Part shown: positions 41,401 to 54,619 of the stretch, one piece after another
Numbering within the stretch: position 1 is the first letter of the stretch
How the letters are laid out: each line of letters opens with the position of its first letter
Assembly: GCA_028023455.1 (NCBI GenBank)
Contig: JAQFVV010000010.1
Span: 1,922,001 to 1,986,000, forward strand
DNA: 64,000 nt
From: Epiperipatus broadwayi
Taxonomy: Eukaryota > Animalia > Onychophora
Direction of reading: 5' to 3'
Program-made: the position numbers and the translations under genes
Notes under the pieces: model-generated
What the model was told of the DNA's origin: nothing
Databases searched by the model: none
The model's input: the letters and a program-made list of their open reading frames with translations, nothing else

Positions 41401-41868
41401 AAGATCCTTGAATTCATCATTTCTGATGTTCACACTTTTTATGAACTCCTCACCTGATACATACATAATTATGGCTGTCAAATATGAATATATTAAAATC
41501 CATTCTTCATATGAATGACTAAAATATCAAAGAATGAGAAAATCATTTAATGACAAATATAGTGTTTATCCATGCATATCAGCTGATATGGGTCAATATA
41601 CGAGATGTGTAAATATGCAAATGGATTATCAACCATATATGTTATCTAGTAGATAGTGATCATGTTAAATGAAGCCACATAGTCAATTCATTGTTGCTAT
41701 GCATGCATCCCAATTGTTATGAGTCAGTATATGAAATATACAACATAAAAATTGATAGCCAATCATATTTGAAATACCAAAGACGTAATACCAAATAGAT
41801 TCAGGGAAGTTTTCTAATAACTAGTACAGTAGAAAATTTATTATTATTATAGCATATCTAAACCAAAA

Positions 41869-41970
41869 AGCCGAGAGGTCAGCTCAGCTGCCTTGCAAGC
41901 AAGCAGTTGGCTGCAGACGGTTATTGCGGGTTCGTCTCCTGGCCGATGCTATGACATATGGAAATAAAAA
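41869..41970 (+). mobile_element. tRNA-derived short SINE, copy 3 (5'-degenerate)
   Basis: CCGAGAGGTCAGCTCAGCTGCCTTGCAAGC...GCGGGTTCGTCTCCTGGCCGATGCTATGACATATGGAAATAAAAA. Confidence 0.75.
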
Positions 41971-42999
41971 TTCCTAGGCAATCTCCCCTATGACTTTTGT
42001 ATGTATAATATTTTATATTTCTGAGAAACTGATCTCAAGTGTAAAGACAACTTTTTAATTGATATCTTGAATTGCAGCAATTGTGTATCAAGATGTGAAA
42101 ACAACTTGATTATGTTTAGCAACAGTGATTGAAAGAAGGTATTATTAGATTTCATTTCAGATTGGTATATTCATATTTCTTTAATGGTAGAGCCACAAGT
42201 TATTGTAGAGAGTCTTCAAAACATTCTAATAATGGAAATGAAGTCCTTATTTTGAATTTGACAATAAATAAATAAGATTAACAGAATTAAGTCTGAGCAT
42301 CTAACAACTTTACAGTCACTCAAATTAGTATAGAAGACAAAAATGGTAGAAAGTAAGCAAGTCCCTGTTTTGGTTTGGCTCTGATGATTATCAATTTCAT
42401 GTCTGACAGCAAGATATCCATTCATATGATAATTTATTTTTTTTACCAATTATTTATTTATAAATTTACCATTATTTATAATAATTCTTTTCTTCATGTA
42501 CACACTGGAATCTACCTATCAACAGGTTGTAACACAAATTTTAGTCTATGTTCTTTTATCTTTGTTCTTTTTTTTTTTATTATAGTATGTCATGTGACTA
42601 TTTTCCAACAAACTAATATATTGTTGCATATTAACAGCAACAGTTACAAAGAAAGTATAATAATTTATAAATTAAATTGAAAATGAGTATAACTTTTAAA
42701 GGTATAAATTCTAATTGGAATGTATAAATAAAAGAGTAAAACAATTTTAAATTATTCATTATAAGATGAAGATTTCTCCAAGCCAGAGAATAAGAAAACA
42801 TTAATATTTTTTTTTTTAGTTTTCTCTTTAGTTAAAAATAGCCAGATATTTATTTATTGACTGTGGACTAGTTAACTAAAAAGAAACTCTTAAGGTTACT
42901 TGAAAATTCTCAGTTGCTTGAAAACCCTATTCATAGTCATGTCAAGCAGATATGCTAATCAATATACTGCAAAGCTTGTTTTGAGTATACAACTATTAA

Positions 43000-44750
43000 G
43001 TATTCAAAATTAAATAATGGCTTGACTTTGAAAAACCACAAGTTGTCTTCAGATATGCAATAACAGAGAATTCTCATTGCAATTCATTAAAAATGCAAAC
43101 ACTAAAGTAAAAAGAAAACAATTATAGATAAAGAAAATAATGAGGAAATGGTTGGAAGTTCATTGCAAAGACAGAGATAAATATTATAATGCAGGGGTCC
43201 CCAACCCTATGCCCACGGGCACCATGGCGCCCGCAGACCATTTTATGTGTGCCCGACGCTCTCCGAACACGATAAAAAATTATTTATCTGATACAAATAA
43301 ATTTAATTTTTAAAATTTCTTATAAATTATTGTATTATATTGTAATCAAATTATAAGGCATACTATACATTTACAGTGTAAAAATATAAACGTTAATTAT
43401 ATGTTAAAATTTTATTTTTGAAATAAATATTTTTTTGTGCATTATGTGTATTATTAACAATATCCAACTATAAATTTACATTGAAAAAATAAAAGGTGCC
43501 CGCCACCTGATTGAAAAAATAAATCATGCCCGCCACCTGCCCGGTATTATAGAATGTGCTCTTAAGTGCAAAAAGGTTGGGGATCCCTGTTATAATGAAA
43601 ATAAATATGAAAATTACAGCATGTTTAGAAACCTTGATAAAGTGATAACCAAAACAGAAGATAATATGAAAGATGAGCCTAGAAAAATGCTTGCTAATAA
43701 GAAGGCAATTGTAGAGTAATGATCAAATTATTGTTATGAATTATATAAAGAAGACTTTGATGAAAAAATATTGGAAAAATTAATACAAGGGTTTACTGAA
43801 ATTTTGCCATTCTCTTATAATTGTGAAAATAATATTTTATAGAAAAAGTTGAAAAAGCAGAGAATAAATTGAAAAAGAATAAGAATTCTGGAAATGATAG
43901 AATAGCTAGAAAAAGGATATGATATGGAAAAATCATTTACTTCAATAAATTTACAGGCTGCATGAAAGATCTAAAGCTTGGGAAAAATCATTGTTGATGA
44001 CAATTTAATAAAAGTTAACTAAGAACATAATGTGACAGTTGTACAACTATTGCAATAATGAATATTTTATGTAAAATTTTAATGAATTTCTTAAATGAAG
44101 ATTAAAGATTCAACTCTTGATGAAGAATGAGGTGAAAATTTAAAAAAGATAGAAATATATAACAAAAATCATTTTGTGTAAAGGGAAGGATCTAAATATA
44201 TGCTTTGTAGACTTTCAGGAATCCTTTGATAGCATTGACTTTGCATAATATTTACATCATATAGAATAGATAATAATCTAATTAATTTTCTAAAAAATGT
44301 CTGTGATAATTTAAAAAGAATATGGCAAGATATTGGAAGCCACTTTGAAGATGGAAAAGGATCAAGTCAAGGAGATACCAGTCTCATTAAGCATATTCTT
44401 TTCATATTTCGAACAATAGTGAATGAGATCAAATAAAATACAATGGAACCTTAGTGCATGTTATGACATTAAATAATTTATGTTTAGGTGATATTAGTAT
44501 CATCAGTAAAGAAACTGCTTGAGTAAGTGGATGCTCAAAAAAAAAAAAACAGTGGAACATGGGAAAGAAAAGTGAAAAAATATATCAAAATTGGTAGAGC
44601 TGAAATAAACAGTGTAGAAAATTTACATATCTTAGAATTAAAATCACTAATGGATTAGACTCCAAAAGAAAAGAAAATTAAAAATACCCAAAATAAGAGT
44701 ATATTGTCAAATCATTGACAGGATGTAACAAAAGAAAATACATCACAGTT
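43000..44750 (+). mobile_element. Decayed LINE RT relic, interrupted by a hAT MITE
   Basis: Remnants NKLKKNKNSGNDRIA (about 43865), CFVDFQESFDSID (about 44205) and GKGSSQGD (about 44355), corresponding to LINE RT motifs. Confidence 0.65.
43192..43589. mobile_element. hAT-family MITE, 398 bp
   Basis: TIRs CAGGGGTCCCCAACC / GGTTGGGGATCCCTG; perfect 8-bp TSD TTATAATG (43184-91 and 43590-97); subterminal GCCCGCCACCTG repeats. Confidence 0.93.
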
Positions 44751-46599
44751 CATAATTAAATTAAATGTAATGATCACGTACATATTTACTAGAGCATTGT
44801 ATAGATAGAAAATATTGTAATCAGAAACCATGAGCTTAATAATTGGAGATATCTTGATGTTTTTTTATCAACTTTTTCCAGTTTTGTTTGTCTATTGTAA
44901 GAAGTCTGAGTGAATGCAAATTAACTTTGCAATATTCTTTATCATGTTCCTATATATTAAATGAATTTTTCCTCTTTTCATTATGTCTTGTGTAATACCT
45001 AAAAAAACACATAGATTTTCAATTATCAATTATTTGGCATACCATATATGACCAAATAATTGTAACTTCCTTAAGTTTTAATAAAAGTTTTCAGTGCAAT
45101 TAAATTATAAAATATTTTGTGTGTGTGATCTATTAAATGTTATTCACATATTTATGAATTTGCTTTTTGAAATATATTCTATGCAGATGGCATGCATAGA
45201 ATCCATTCCTATATTAGCAGATTAGCATTCTTCATTATGTAGTAGATGCGCTTATTTTAAATTGTTTTTATGGATTTTTTCCATAATTCTGCATTGATGT
45301 TTTAAGAAATATTCTATTGATATATATTGTTGTACCAAGAAGGAAGAAGTATAATTTATAGTTGCATAGTGTAAAATGAAGCACTACCTGCCAATCCTCA
45401 TTTTTAATTAAGCCTTATAAATGTGCATGGAAATATGAATATATTCAGAATTTTTCTCCTAAAATTATTCAGTTTCATAAAACTTTTGAAAAGAGTTTTA
45501 CAGAATGTTTATGCTTTAGGTTAATTTTACTAAACAAAAGTCTTATTCTTATGAGACTGTTGCTTTCTTCTGCTGTTTATATAAAACTGCTTATAATCAT
45601 TAATATAGTTTTTTTCCTCAGCTTTCTCTAGAAAATTGTTTGTTTTATCTAAGAATGCTTCATTTTTTGAGAAAAGAAATTCAATTTCACTCGTTATTTA
45701 GCCATATTTTTATTGGCTATTTAAACACTATAACTCAGTTTTGATTTAATAATTTTAGGTATTTTCTCAGTTTTAACATATTTCAAAGTTTTTATTTTTG
45801 ACTTATTACTTTTTACATTTATTTCTAATTTTTTTGGACTTTTGTGCAAATATTAGTGTTTGTTATATCCAATATTTTCTACTATCATAATGCTTTATAT
45901 AATTATTATTAGATGAATAGAAATTGTTTTATTATATTTGAATCTTTTAATATATATTTCTAAAATCTATTTGCAAATTATTGTATTTACTGATCCTGTT
46001 CTTTCTTTAGCATATTTTTTTATCCATTTAATTTACACTACAATTTTTTTCAGTGTTTCATGATAAATTTATCAGAATATCCTATGATTATTAAGACTGG
46101 TTTATAAAGTTTTGCATTAGACATAAACTTCAAATGAATTATTTTCTCAATTTGCCCTACTTTTAGAGCAAACTTTTGTTCACAATTTTATTTTTACTTC
46201 GTAATATATTCAATCTTAGAAATATATTTATTATACTTTTGCTATTTCATTTATTTTTGCATTTTTTAGTATTTGATCAATTAAACTGAATTTTATATAG
46301 GAATATATACATTCTTTAGTGATATCATAAAACCTCAATTTGCTTCTTCATTATTTTTTTTCTTGTCATTCACAGAAATTTCTAGTTTTCAAATTTTTTT
46401 CTGTTTGTTGTTGAATATTCTTTTTATTTAAGTAATTTTTGAAAAAAAATTCTACCTAACACTTTAACCAAACTTTATTATCAATCAAGTTATATATTCC
46501 TAACTATGTTATTCACATCTATTGGTACTGATTATGTAATCTGCAAATTTTTTTTAAAAAAATAATTTTTGATTTTTTTTTTTTAATTTGTTTATTCAG

Positions 46600-46669
46600 G
46601 ACAGTATTGGATATTTGATAAACCTGGTAGATCTTAATGTAAAGAACAATCGGTTAGAAAAAATACCAG
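46600..46669 (+). CDS. LRR exon (DSIGYLINLVDLNVKNNRLEKIP+G)
   Basis: Acceptor tttattcag, donor gtgaga, one complete 23-aa LRR, phase 0 in and phase 1 out. Confidence 0.9.
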
Positions 46670-46987
46670 GTGAGAAATAAAATTTTATGTTACTTTTAAA
46701 ATAATCTCTACTTAAATAATAATTGAGATTACAATTTATTAAAACTCATTTAAAATAAAAATTTTTATTTCCAAAAATAAAATATTTATAAAAATAAATC
46801 AGATGTCTTTTTTTAAAAAAAAAAGAGTTACATCATACATATAGTGTATATATATTAAAATTTTTTTTCATTATCAAAAAATCATTGGTTGCCATCACAT
46901 TCCAAGTAACTCATAATAAAAAAGATTTGGTTCTACACATGACTATCATATGATTTCAGCTTATTCATTGCTGTTTCAGCAGCATAT

Positions 46988-47248
46988 GCCACCTACTTCA
47001 AGCTTTAATAACTAATAGATGCCAGATAGTAATGCTTAATAAATCCCTATTCAGAACTGTTTTATTCAATATTCCTAGATTAGTTTCACGTTTATGGAAT
47101 GGGGGTTTCCAAGACTCGAAGCTCTTCACTGATGAAACCCATAAACTTGAAACTAGACTCAGGATGTGAAATAGCCAGCACTTAATAGAAATTTATTAAA
47201 CACAATCGTCTGGCATCTATTAGTTATTAAAGCGTATAGTAGGTGACA
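46988..47248. mobile_element. Hammerhead-bearing hairpin repeat (subfamily A), older copy
   Basis: Arms gccacctac..taataactaatagatgccaga / tctggcatctattagttatta..gtaggtgac. Internal CTGATGA(47129-35)-aacc cataa actt-GAAA-CTAG-AC, plus a partial antisense ribozyme at 47067-47097. Confidence 0.78.
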
Positions 47249-47254
47249 TAGAGG

Positions 47255-47510
47255 CATGAAGAAAAAAGAAATTTTTTGCTGTTACAGTGGACATCTGAAA
47301 ATGGAATACATGGGTGAGAGTTCAAACAAGTATTACTGATATCATTGAAAAAATTAAGAGACTGAAGTGGAGCTGGACTAGACATTGCTAGAAAAGATGA
47401 TAATAGATAGATAGTTGAAGTTTTAAACTGGATCCCAAGAGATTGTAAAAGACCTTGAAAGAAACCAGATCTTCATTCTGCAGTGAATCAAAAATGATGA
47501 TTATGATGAA
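47255..47510 (+). mobile_element. RTE-clade LINE 3' fragment
   Basis: DIIEKIKRLKWSWTRHI.RKDDNR..VEVLNWIPRDCKR and a GAT tail; homologous to 27300-27560. Confidence 0.8.
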
Positions 47511-49399
47511 CTATTTGTGAGTCTATTTAAAATTTCTTAAGTGTTTCAGAGAAACTTTCATTCTGCAAAACAAAACTAATAGTGAAATTCTACCCAGGAT
47601 TCAGGAAATATTTTCCCAGAATGGTTTTTAAACAAGATCATAGTAAATTTCAACAAGAAGTGTGTATAAAAGTATCCATGGGATATTGCTAAGGTTTGAT
47701 GTACATTCAGGAATGATGGTATTTGATTATTGAAAGCCCATGAGGTGATAGTTTTATTTGAGCTAGGTACTTCAAACATAAAAAAATATATAAATATTAC
47801 TTTGAATTGTAAATAGGTCTCATGAATCATTTTTTTGTGATATGTAAATGATCTTGGGTATTTAGGAATGAATACGTAGGAGATATCCCTAATGTTATAT
47901 ATAATTGAAATAATCAGAATTAGAATTTAAAAAAGTAAGAAAGTGGGAAATCTTTTGTGATTAGCTAGAAAAAGAGGATAGGGTCACTTTATGGGCATGG
48001 AGATAGCATAGATGGGAAGCATTTAGTTTAATTTTAGAAGATAGGATTTATTAATATTTAGAGTGGGAAAGAATGAGACTAGAGGTCAGAGATGGGGTGA
48101 TTTGCAATGAAAAAAATAAATGCAAATAGAATAGGACTTTGGCTATTGTTTATATATATATATAAAGAGAGTAAATCATTTTCTGGCAGCCTTTGAATTA
48201 AAAGCAACTCTAAATAAAGTACAAAGGATCATGAATAGAATGAATTCACCTATTTGTGAAACTCTCATGTTTATAACTGTATCTTTATCAACATTGTTAG
48301 TAATTCACTTCCAAGAATAGGTGGATTCATTTTGTTCTTCCATTCTTAATTCAACATTTATAGTGACTTTAATTCATAGCCTGATGTATACATTAAGCTG
48401 TGTTTAATTTAATGTTTATGTATATTGTAACCTGACTGGACGATGACCCACCAACTACTATGATGTATGGTAGATATAAATAACAAACTTCTAGCTCAGT
48501 ATAATCAGATTTCTTTCTTTTATATAAAATTCTAATAATACAAATCTTACTCATTTCATGTCTAATATATTATATCAATGTTAATACATTTTTTAACAAT
48601 AAAATGTTAATATTCATGAAACTTGTTATCTAATTATCCAGTAAGGCACCCCTTTTTAACATTAAGTATATACCAAAAGCATACCTTCAATGGCATAGGA
48701 ATATCATATAACACTAATCTTCTAAAATATCAATGATAATCCTATGACTCGCAATAAAAATAAGCAAATTATATTTAATATTAAAATTTCCTTTGTTAAA
48801 TTTAATTACAATATAATATCCATCTCCTTATACTAACATTCCTTAACTCAACATCTCAGGTAACTATTGTTTCTTAAAATGAATAAATTAATTTATATAA
48901 CCAAATGTAGAGAGGAATTTTACTTACATTCAGCTACATTTAAAAATAATTAAGAAATAAATATACTAATCAATTCCTCTTTTTCAAAATAATTAGCTAA
49001 TTTTCTTATAAATCGACTAAAAACTAAATTAAAATTATTAACCAACACTTATCACTATTAATTATCATAAACAAGTTTAAAATAATTTCTTATGACCATG
49101 TATTATAATGTAATTATTTTTATTTTATATGGCATGCTAATTATTCGTCTTCATTATGATCATTAAGTAAGTTGAAAAAAAATAATTTAATTAGTTAATA
49201 TTTTGAATCAACATCAGATGTCTTTAACAATCATAATATTTTTTATTTTATTTTAGATTATGTGCAATAATATTAAATATATTTAATTATTACAATATAT
49301 ATGTGGTAAGGATGATAAATAATGACTTGGAAATAAGAAAAGAGACTCTCAATACTTTATTAATTTAAAATCAAACATTAACATTTATTACAGTAGTAA

Positions 49400-51600
49400 T
49401 GCAAAATTTAAGAAAGAATTTACATGTATCATATATTTAATAATAATAAAAAATTAACATAGTATACAAACTTTATTAACAAACATTAACAAAATACTTA
49501 TAATAAACTAAAATAATTCATATTTCATTTTAAAATTATTTACAAACAGGATATAGTATATTCCATACTTTACTCCATTAATATTAAGATACTTTTTAAT
49601 ATTTTTATATTAAAAATGTATCAAAATATACAACTTGTATTTTTTATCACATTATAAATATTTCACAAACATATTCTTTTATATTATTCATTCACCTTTA
49701 ATCTTTCTATGGTACTATTATCTAATTACAAGTCTATAACTTATTTTATTCCTATTTTATTATTTTGTTATAAAATAAATATTTAATTATTTAAAATATT
49801 CATTAAGATGTGACATTTTATTATAATACTTACAATAATATGAATAATTATCAGGTTTTCTTTTCAATATTATATTTCTTATGCTTTATACTTCCATTCT
49901 GTATTTTGATCTCTAATATCCAATAATAATAATAAAAATATTCATAAAGTATTTCTTCTTACATTCTTGTAGCATCCTATTTGTTTTGTGTTTCATCATT
50001 CTTTCAATAAATGGATTTATCTTATAATCATTTGAAAGTTTAGCTATTACCATTACTTAAATCTTCAATTCCCTTATATGAAGTTTATACCAGTGCAATT
50101 TTTCATGATAACAAGTGTAGGATGGATACGTTATAAAATTATAATAAACGATACCATGGTGTAAATATAACTTAAGGCACATATTATCTATGTCTATCTT
50201 AATTTTCTATCTTGCTACTATTTTCAACTCTTACAAATTTTAGAAAAATGTTACTCACTATCCATTATATCATAAAGATTTTGATTTACTTTATATTAAA
50301 AAATATTTAACCTTAAGCAACACAATTCCAACACTACAAGATTTCCAATAAATGTATTTTCCCATACCCCTTTAAAATCTGACACTCCATATAAAATACC
50401 ATCACATAAAATATTATTCATCATTTTTCTAATAATATCTAAACTTATCCTTAATCTCTTAATATTTTTGTACATACCAAGAAGATTGAAAAACAAACAA
50501 ATAGTTTACATATAATTTATCATAAATACAATAAATTAGTTATTTTTACTATATAAAGAAATCAATTCATACATACATTTATACTCATATTAATATTATA
50601 ATGGATATATTCAATCCTTTATCGTATATTTTCATTTAAATACACATATTTATTTTACCTGATTCTGTGTTTAAAATTCAATACCAATATCTTATATTTG
50701 ACTAGAAAATATATATATATTACCTTAATCATAATATTTTATGATTATTATTGATAACTCTCTTGAGGATATCATTTAATTTATGTTAAAGAATTATAAT
50801 CAAGAAAAAAAAAATTGATTTTTTTTTCTATACAAAAAATTCTAGAATACTTAAATCTAAAAAATATCATGTGAAATAAATAATTCTAAGTACATAATAC
50901 AATTTTAATATTATAGTCAATACCATTAAAATAATATAAACAAAAAGTTTTCTTCAACTCATTGAAAATAAAAAAAAATCACATTTCCAGGGAAGTATTG
51001 TTGCTATGACAACAACATTACCATTTGTTGCTTGGAAGAAGTAAGCTTTCATTCCTCTCTTCTTTGCTCTTTTCACCATTATTTGTAGCAAAAATAAAAG
51101 TTATTTATTAATGACAATAGGAAGTTCTTGCATCAAAAGTTCACCCTTTCTTATATTATTGATAATATCCTTTCACATTTTAGTAAATATGTATTTTACT
51201 ATTTAATAAACACATTTATTATATTTTTAAAAGTTTCATTTTTTTCTGCATACTTTTAAAATATATACTTGTAGAATTATAAAGTTCTAAGATTTCTCTT
51301 CTGAATAATTCATATTTATAATATTTAACAAATTACCAATACCTAGATGATAATAAAGTTAGTAGTTATAAACTTTTAATAAAAATTAATCTCCATATAT
51401 ACCTTTCTTCTCTAAGATCATTATCATCTTAATAAAGTTATTAATAAATTCATATCTTGAAATGTCAATAGTTTTAATGAATAGAAATAATTATCTCTTA
51501 ACATTATTAAAGATAAGAGTTAATAGAAAATGTTTTCTATCCTTATGCATATGAAAATTAATAAAAAATAAATTTCTTACATCTTTACATTTTTTGTAGG
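49400..51600 (-). mobile_element. Heavily decayed Ty3/Gypsy RNaseH-integrase relic
   Basis: Minus remnant FQATNGNVVVIAT (about 51000-51040; RNaseH VIAYAS-like) and an integrase-like stretch near 50100-50160. Boundaries are approximate. Confidence 0.35.
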
Positions 51601-51847
51601 AGAAACGATTGGATAATCTAGTTTTTCTTATTGAAGTACATGCATTTTTGTTTTTCACATATGTGTGGTCATGTGTATTGGTTATATAAGATAGAATGAA
51701 TGGCTGAAGGGAGCTTAAAAGTCTGTATTCAAATCTCCTATATTACATTTAAACTCTAAGTATATGAATTATGCTTATATTTCAAATATATATATATATA
51801 AATTTAGTATTTTTAATGGGTAATTTCATTAATAAATGTGATCACCA

Positions 51848-52108
51848 TTATATATATATGAATTTAAATCTACAATCAGGATGTATTGATGTGTAACAAC
51901 CAATCATAACTGCTTTTGGGAACTGAATGAAAACAATAACAAACCTGTCTAAGATACACTTTTGATTAATAGTAGGGTCCAAAGAACTGTTTTTGATTAA
52001 TAGTAGCTTGGAAAGATTTGATATTGTTCTTATTCAGGCTGCAGAACCAGTTATAATTGGTTGCTACACATCAATATATCTTTATTGGGGATTTAATTAT
52101 ATATATAA
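51848..52108. repeat. Imperfect hairpin (~110-bp arms) with internal 16-bp direct repeat
   Basis: gatgtattgatgtgtaacaaccaatcataactg / cagttataattggttgctacacatcaatatatc; TTTTGATTAATAGTAG occurs twice in the loop. Confidence 0.8.
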
Positions 52109-53055
52109 TCTTGATCCTATTTACTAATTAATTTACATGGTTATTACATATTCCAATTAAAAATAGAATTTGTTGTTATCTTTTTATATAATTATATTAC
52201 AAACATTGTTAAATATTAATAATGGCACTCTCTTATATGATGACAATGATATTTTGGCCAGGTATAAAGAATATTTTTGTAACAAATAATAAAAGAATAA
52301 TTAGTAAAAACCAATGAGAGATTTTTGTAGAAATCTCTACAGTCTGGAAATAAACTTGTGAGTTTGTCATTTTCTACAAATGTTGAGAAAATAAATATAA
52401 TTCTATTGTAGTGTTTAAGAAAGTCCTTCACATTCCCATTAGGGAATAACTGCATTACATGTATATGTTAGGAATATAAATCTATTATAACTATAACACT
52501 ATTATGCAGACTATCAGCTGCTACTATAATATGCAAATTATATTTGCACTTATTAAGCTTCTTCACAGTTATTTATATTTGATTACATCTTCATTGTGCA
52601 CATTAGCCTTGAAAATGCACATATTAGCTCCTTCATAAATTCTAGCAGGGTGCCCAATTGCATAATTTATATTTAAATTTTATGATTGGCATATATAGAT
52701 TTTTTAGAGTAATTTAATACAATGAGATAATTTATTCATGTACTGTTTGCATGTATTTATATAGTAAAAATAATAATTTTTATTTACAATCGTATATGTA
52801 TATATAAATACATAGAGAGAGTCAGTAGTATTTCTTGATTCTGTCAAAATTAATCTAGATCTATTATGTATGTTTTAATATTGCCATGTTCACAATAGTT
52901 TAATAAATAAACAAAATTAAAAGTGTGTGGAGCACTTGAAAGAGAAGCTATAAAGAGTGCTAATAATATGCAGCAATAATTAATAAATATATATTGTAAT
53001 CATTTTATTTTTTGGATTTCCATATGTGATTTCCTTTTTTTTTTTTTTTTTTTAG

Positions 53056-53167
53056 AATCTGTTGGTAATTTGATCAACCTTCATTGTTTAAACATCACAA
53101 ATAATTTGATAAAATTTCTGCCACCAGTTCTGGGCAATCTTATCAGTTTAGTGAAACTGTCTGCTTA
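53056..53167 (+). CDS. LRR exon (AA+SVGNLINLHCLNITNNLIKFLPPVLGNLISLVKLSA+TA)
   Basis: Long poly-T acceptor, donor gtaagt. Phase 1 in matches exon 46600 (G+AA = Glu), and the LRR register continues. Confidence 0.92.
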
Positions 53168-54619
53168 GTAAGTATATGCTAAATATACTTTAGTAAAATT
53201 ATTTTGAAGTGACATGATTCAGAGAAGTAATATTTTTTAAGTAGCCAAAAAACATTCAAATTAATTAAAGAGTATTTATTTATTATTTGGGAATAATTGT
53301 AGAAAAAAATAAGAAAATTAAACCTATGAAAACTCTCACCCATTGTTGATAGTATTATTTTTTTAGTACTCATCAAAACTTGTCCACAGTAGATATTTTA
53401 TTTGATGACATCATTGACAAAATAGTTTTCCTCACAATGCAAAGTTAATTCATATCTGAGACATTAAGGCATTTATTAATTTTTGTATCCATTTTAAAAT
53501 AATTAATAATGAATCTCTGGAATTGTTTTTTGTTTATTAAAGCTTTCAGAAGAAAACTTTTTGTCTGTATTAAGTTCTAATGAATTCCTTGTAAAGTATT
53601 CTTTGTATTTACTTATCATATGTAAACTATGGGTCTATAGAAACAATGTTGTTTTTATTTTCAATCACTATTATTGTATTTATTATATGTTTTTATTCAT
53701 ATTTACACACTGTAATATATGTATTGAATTATAATAATTTCAGTATAAAAATAAACATTTACTAACATGGTGCACCACTATTCATTTACTCTACAGATAT
53801 ATATTAAGTGTGTCATATATATGAAAAATATTAAGCTTTTTTTTTTAATATGAGGAAGTTCTGATGATAAATTAATAACAATAATAATATGCAGTTTAAT
53901 GCAATGGCAAAGCTTCACACTCTGGAGCATAAAGTCCTTGGATTGATTTCCAGTTCTGGAACTTTCTGTGCTCAAACTTTATGAACTTACTCATTTATGA
54001 ATGGCTGTTTATTATTATTATTATCATTATATCATGAGATAGGTCTTTTTCTCCCTTATATTAAATACATTATTCTAATTCTTGTTCCATTGTTAGAATA
54101 TTGTTCTGTTATATGAAATATATATTGAATCTAGAGTTCATAATGTGGAGAAAAGATTTAGTAGATTAATAAAGAGAAAAAAATTAATTATTGGAACAAT
54201 CGTAACTGTCAAAAGAATACTTAAACCATGATAATGTTAAAAATTGAGTTGATGGAAAAATTGATATTAATAAATAAATAAATATCTTAATATTTAAAAG
54301 AAGTAGTAATTTATTTTTAAACAAATCTCCTATTAGTAAGTTACAAAAAATATATAATCAAAAATTTATTAATATAGGTATTTTTTTGTAATTGTTTTAT
54401 ACTAATATTAAAAAAGAATTGAAATGTAATTAAAAATAATTTACTGCATGTATATAAATATATATGTGTGTTTGTCTATAATATATAATTTTGTAATTAT
54501 TAACATTGTATTAATAGTTATTTGTGTATTTATATTAAAGCAGAAGTGTTGAAATGAGCATAATAAATATTGTTATTGTGGTGGGATGAAGATAGTGGCA
54601 GATCAAGTGGATGGATGAT

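Noticed and set aside
48425-49310. Paired LTRs for the decayed Gypsy relics (also 19020-19880)
   Set aside because: TGT starts and a shared TTCTAGCTCAG were noticed, but no matching second LTR, PBS, PPT or TSD could be identified.
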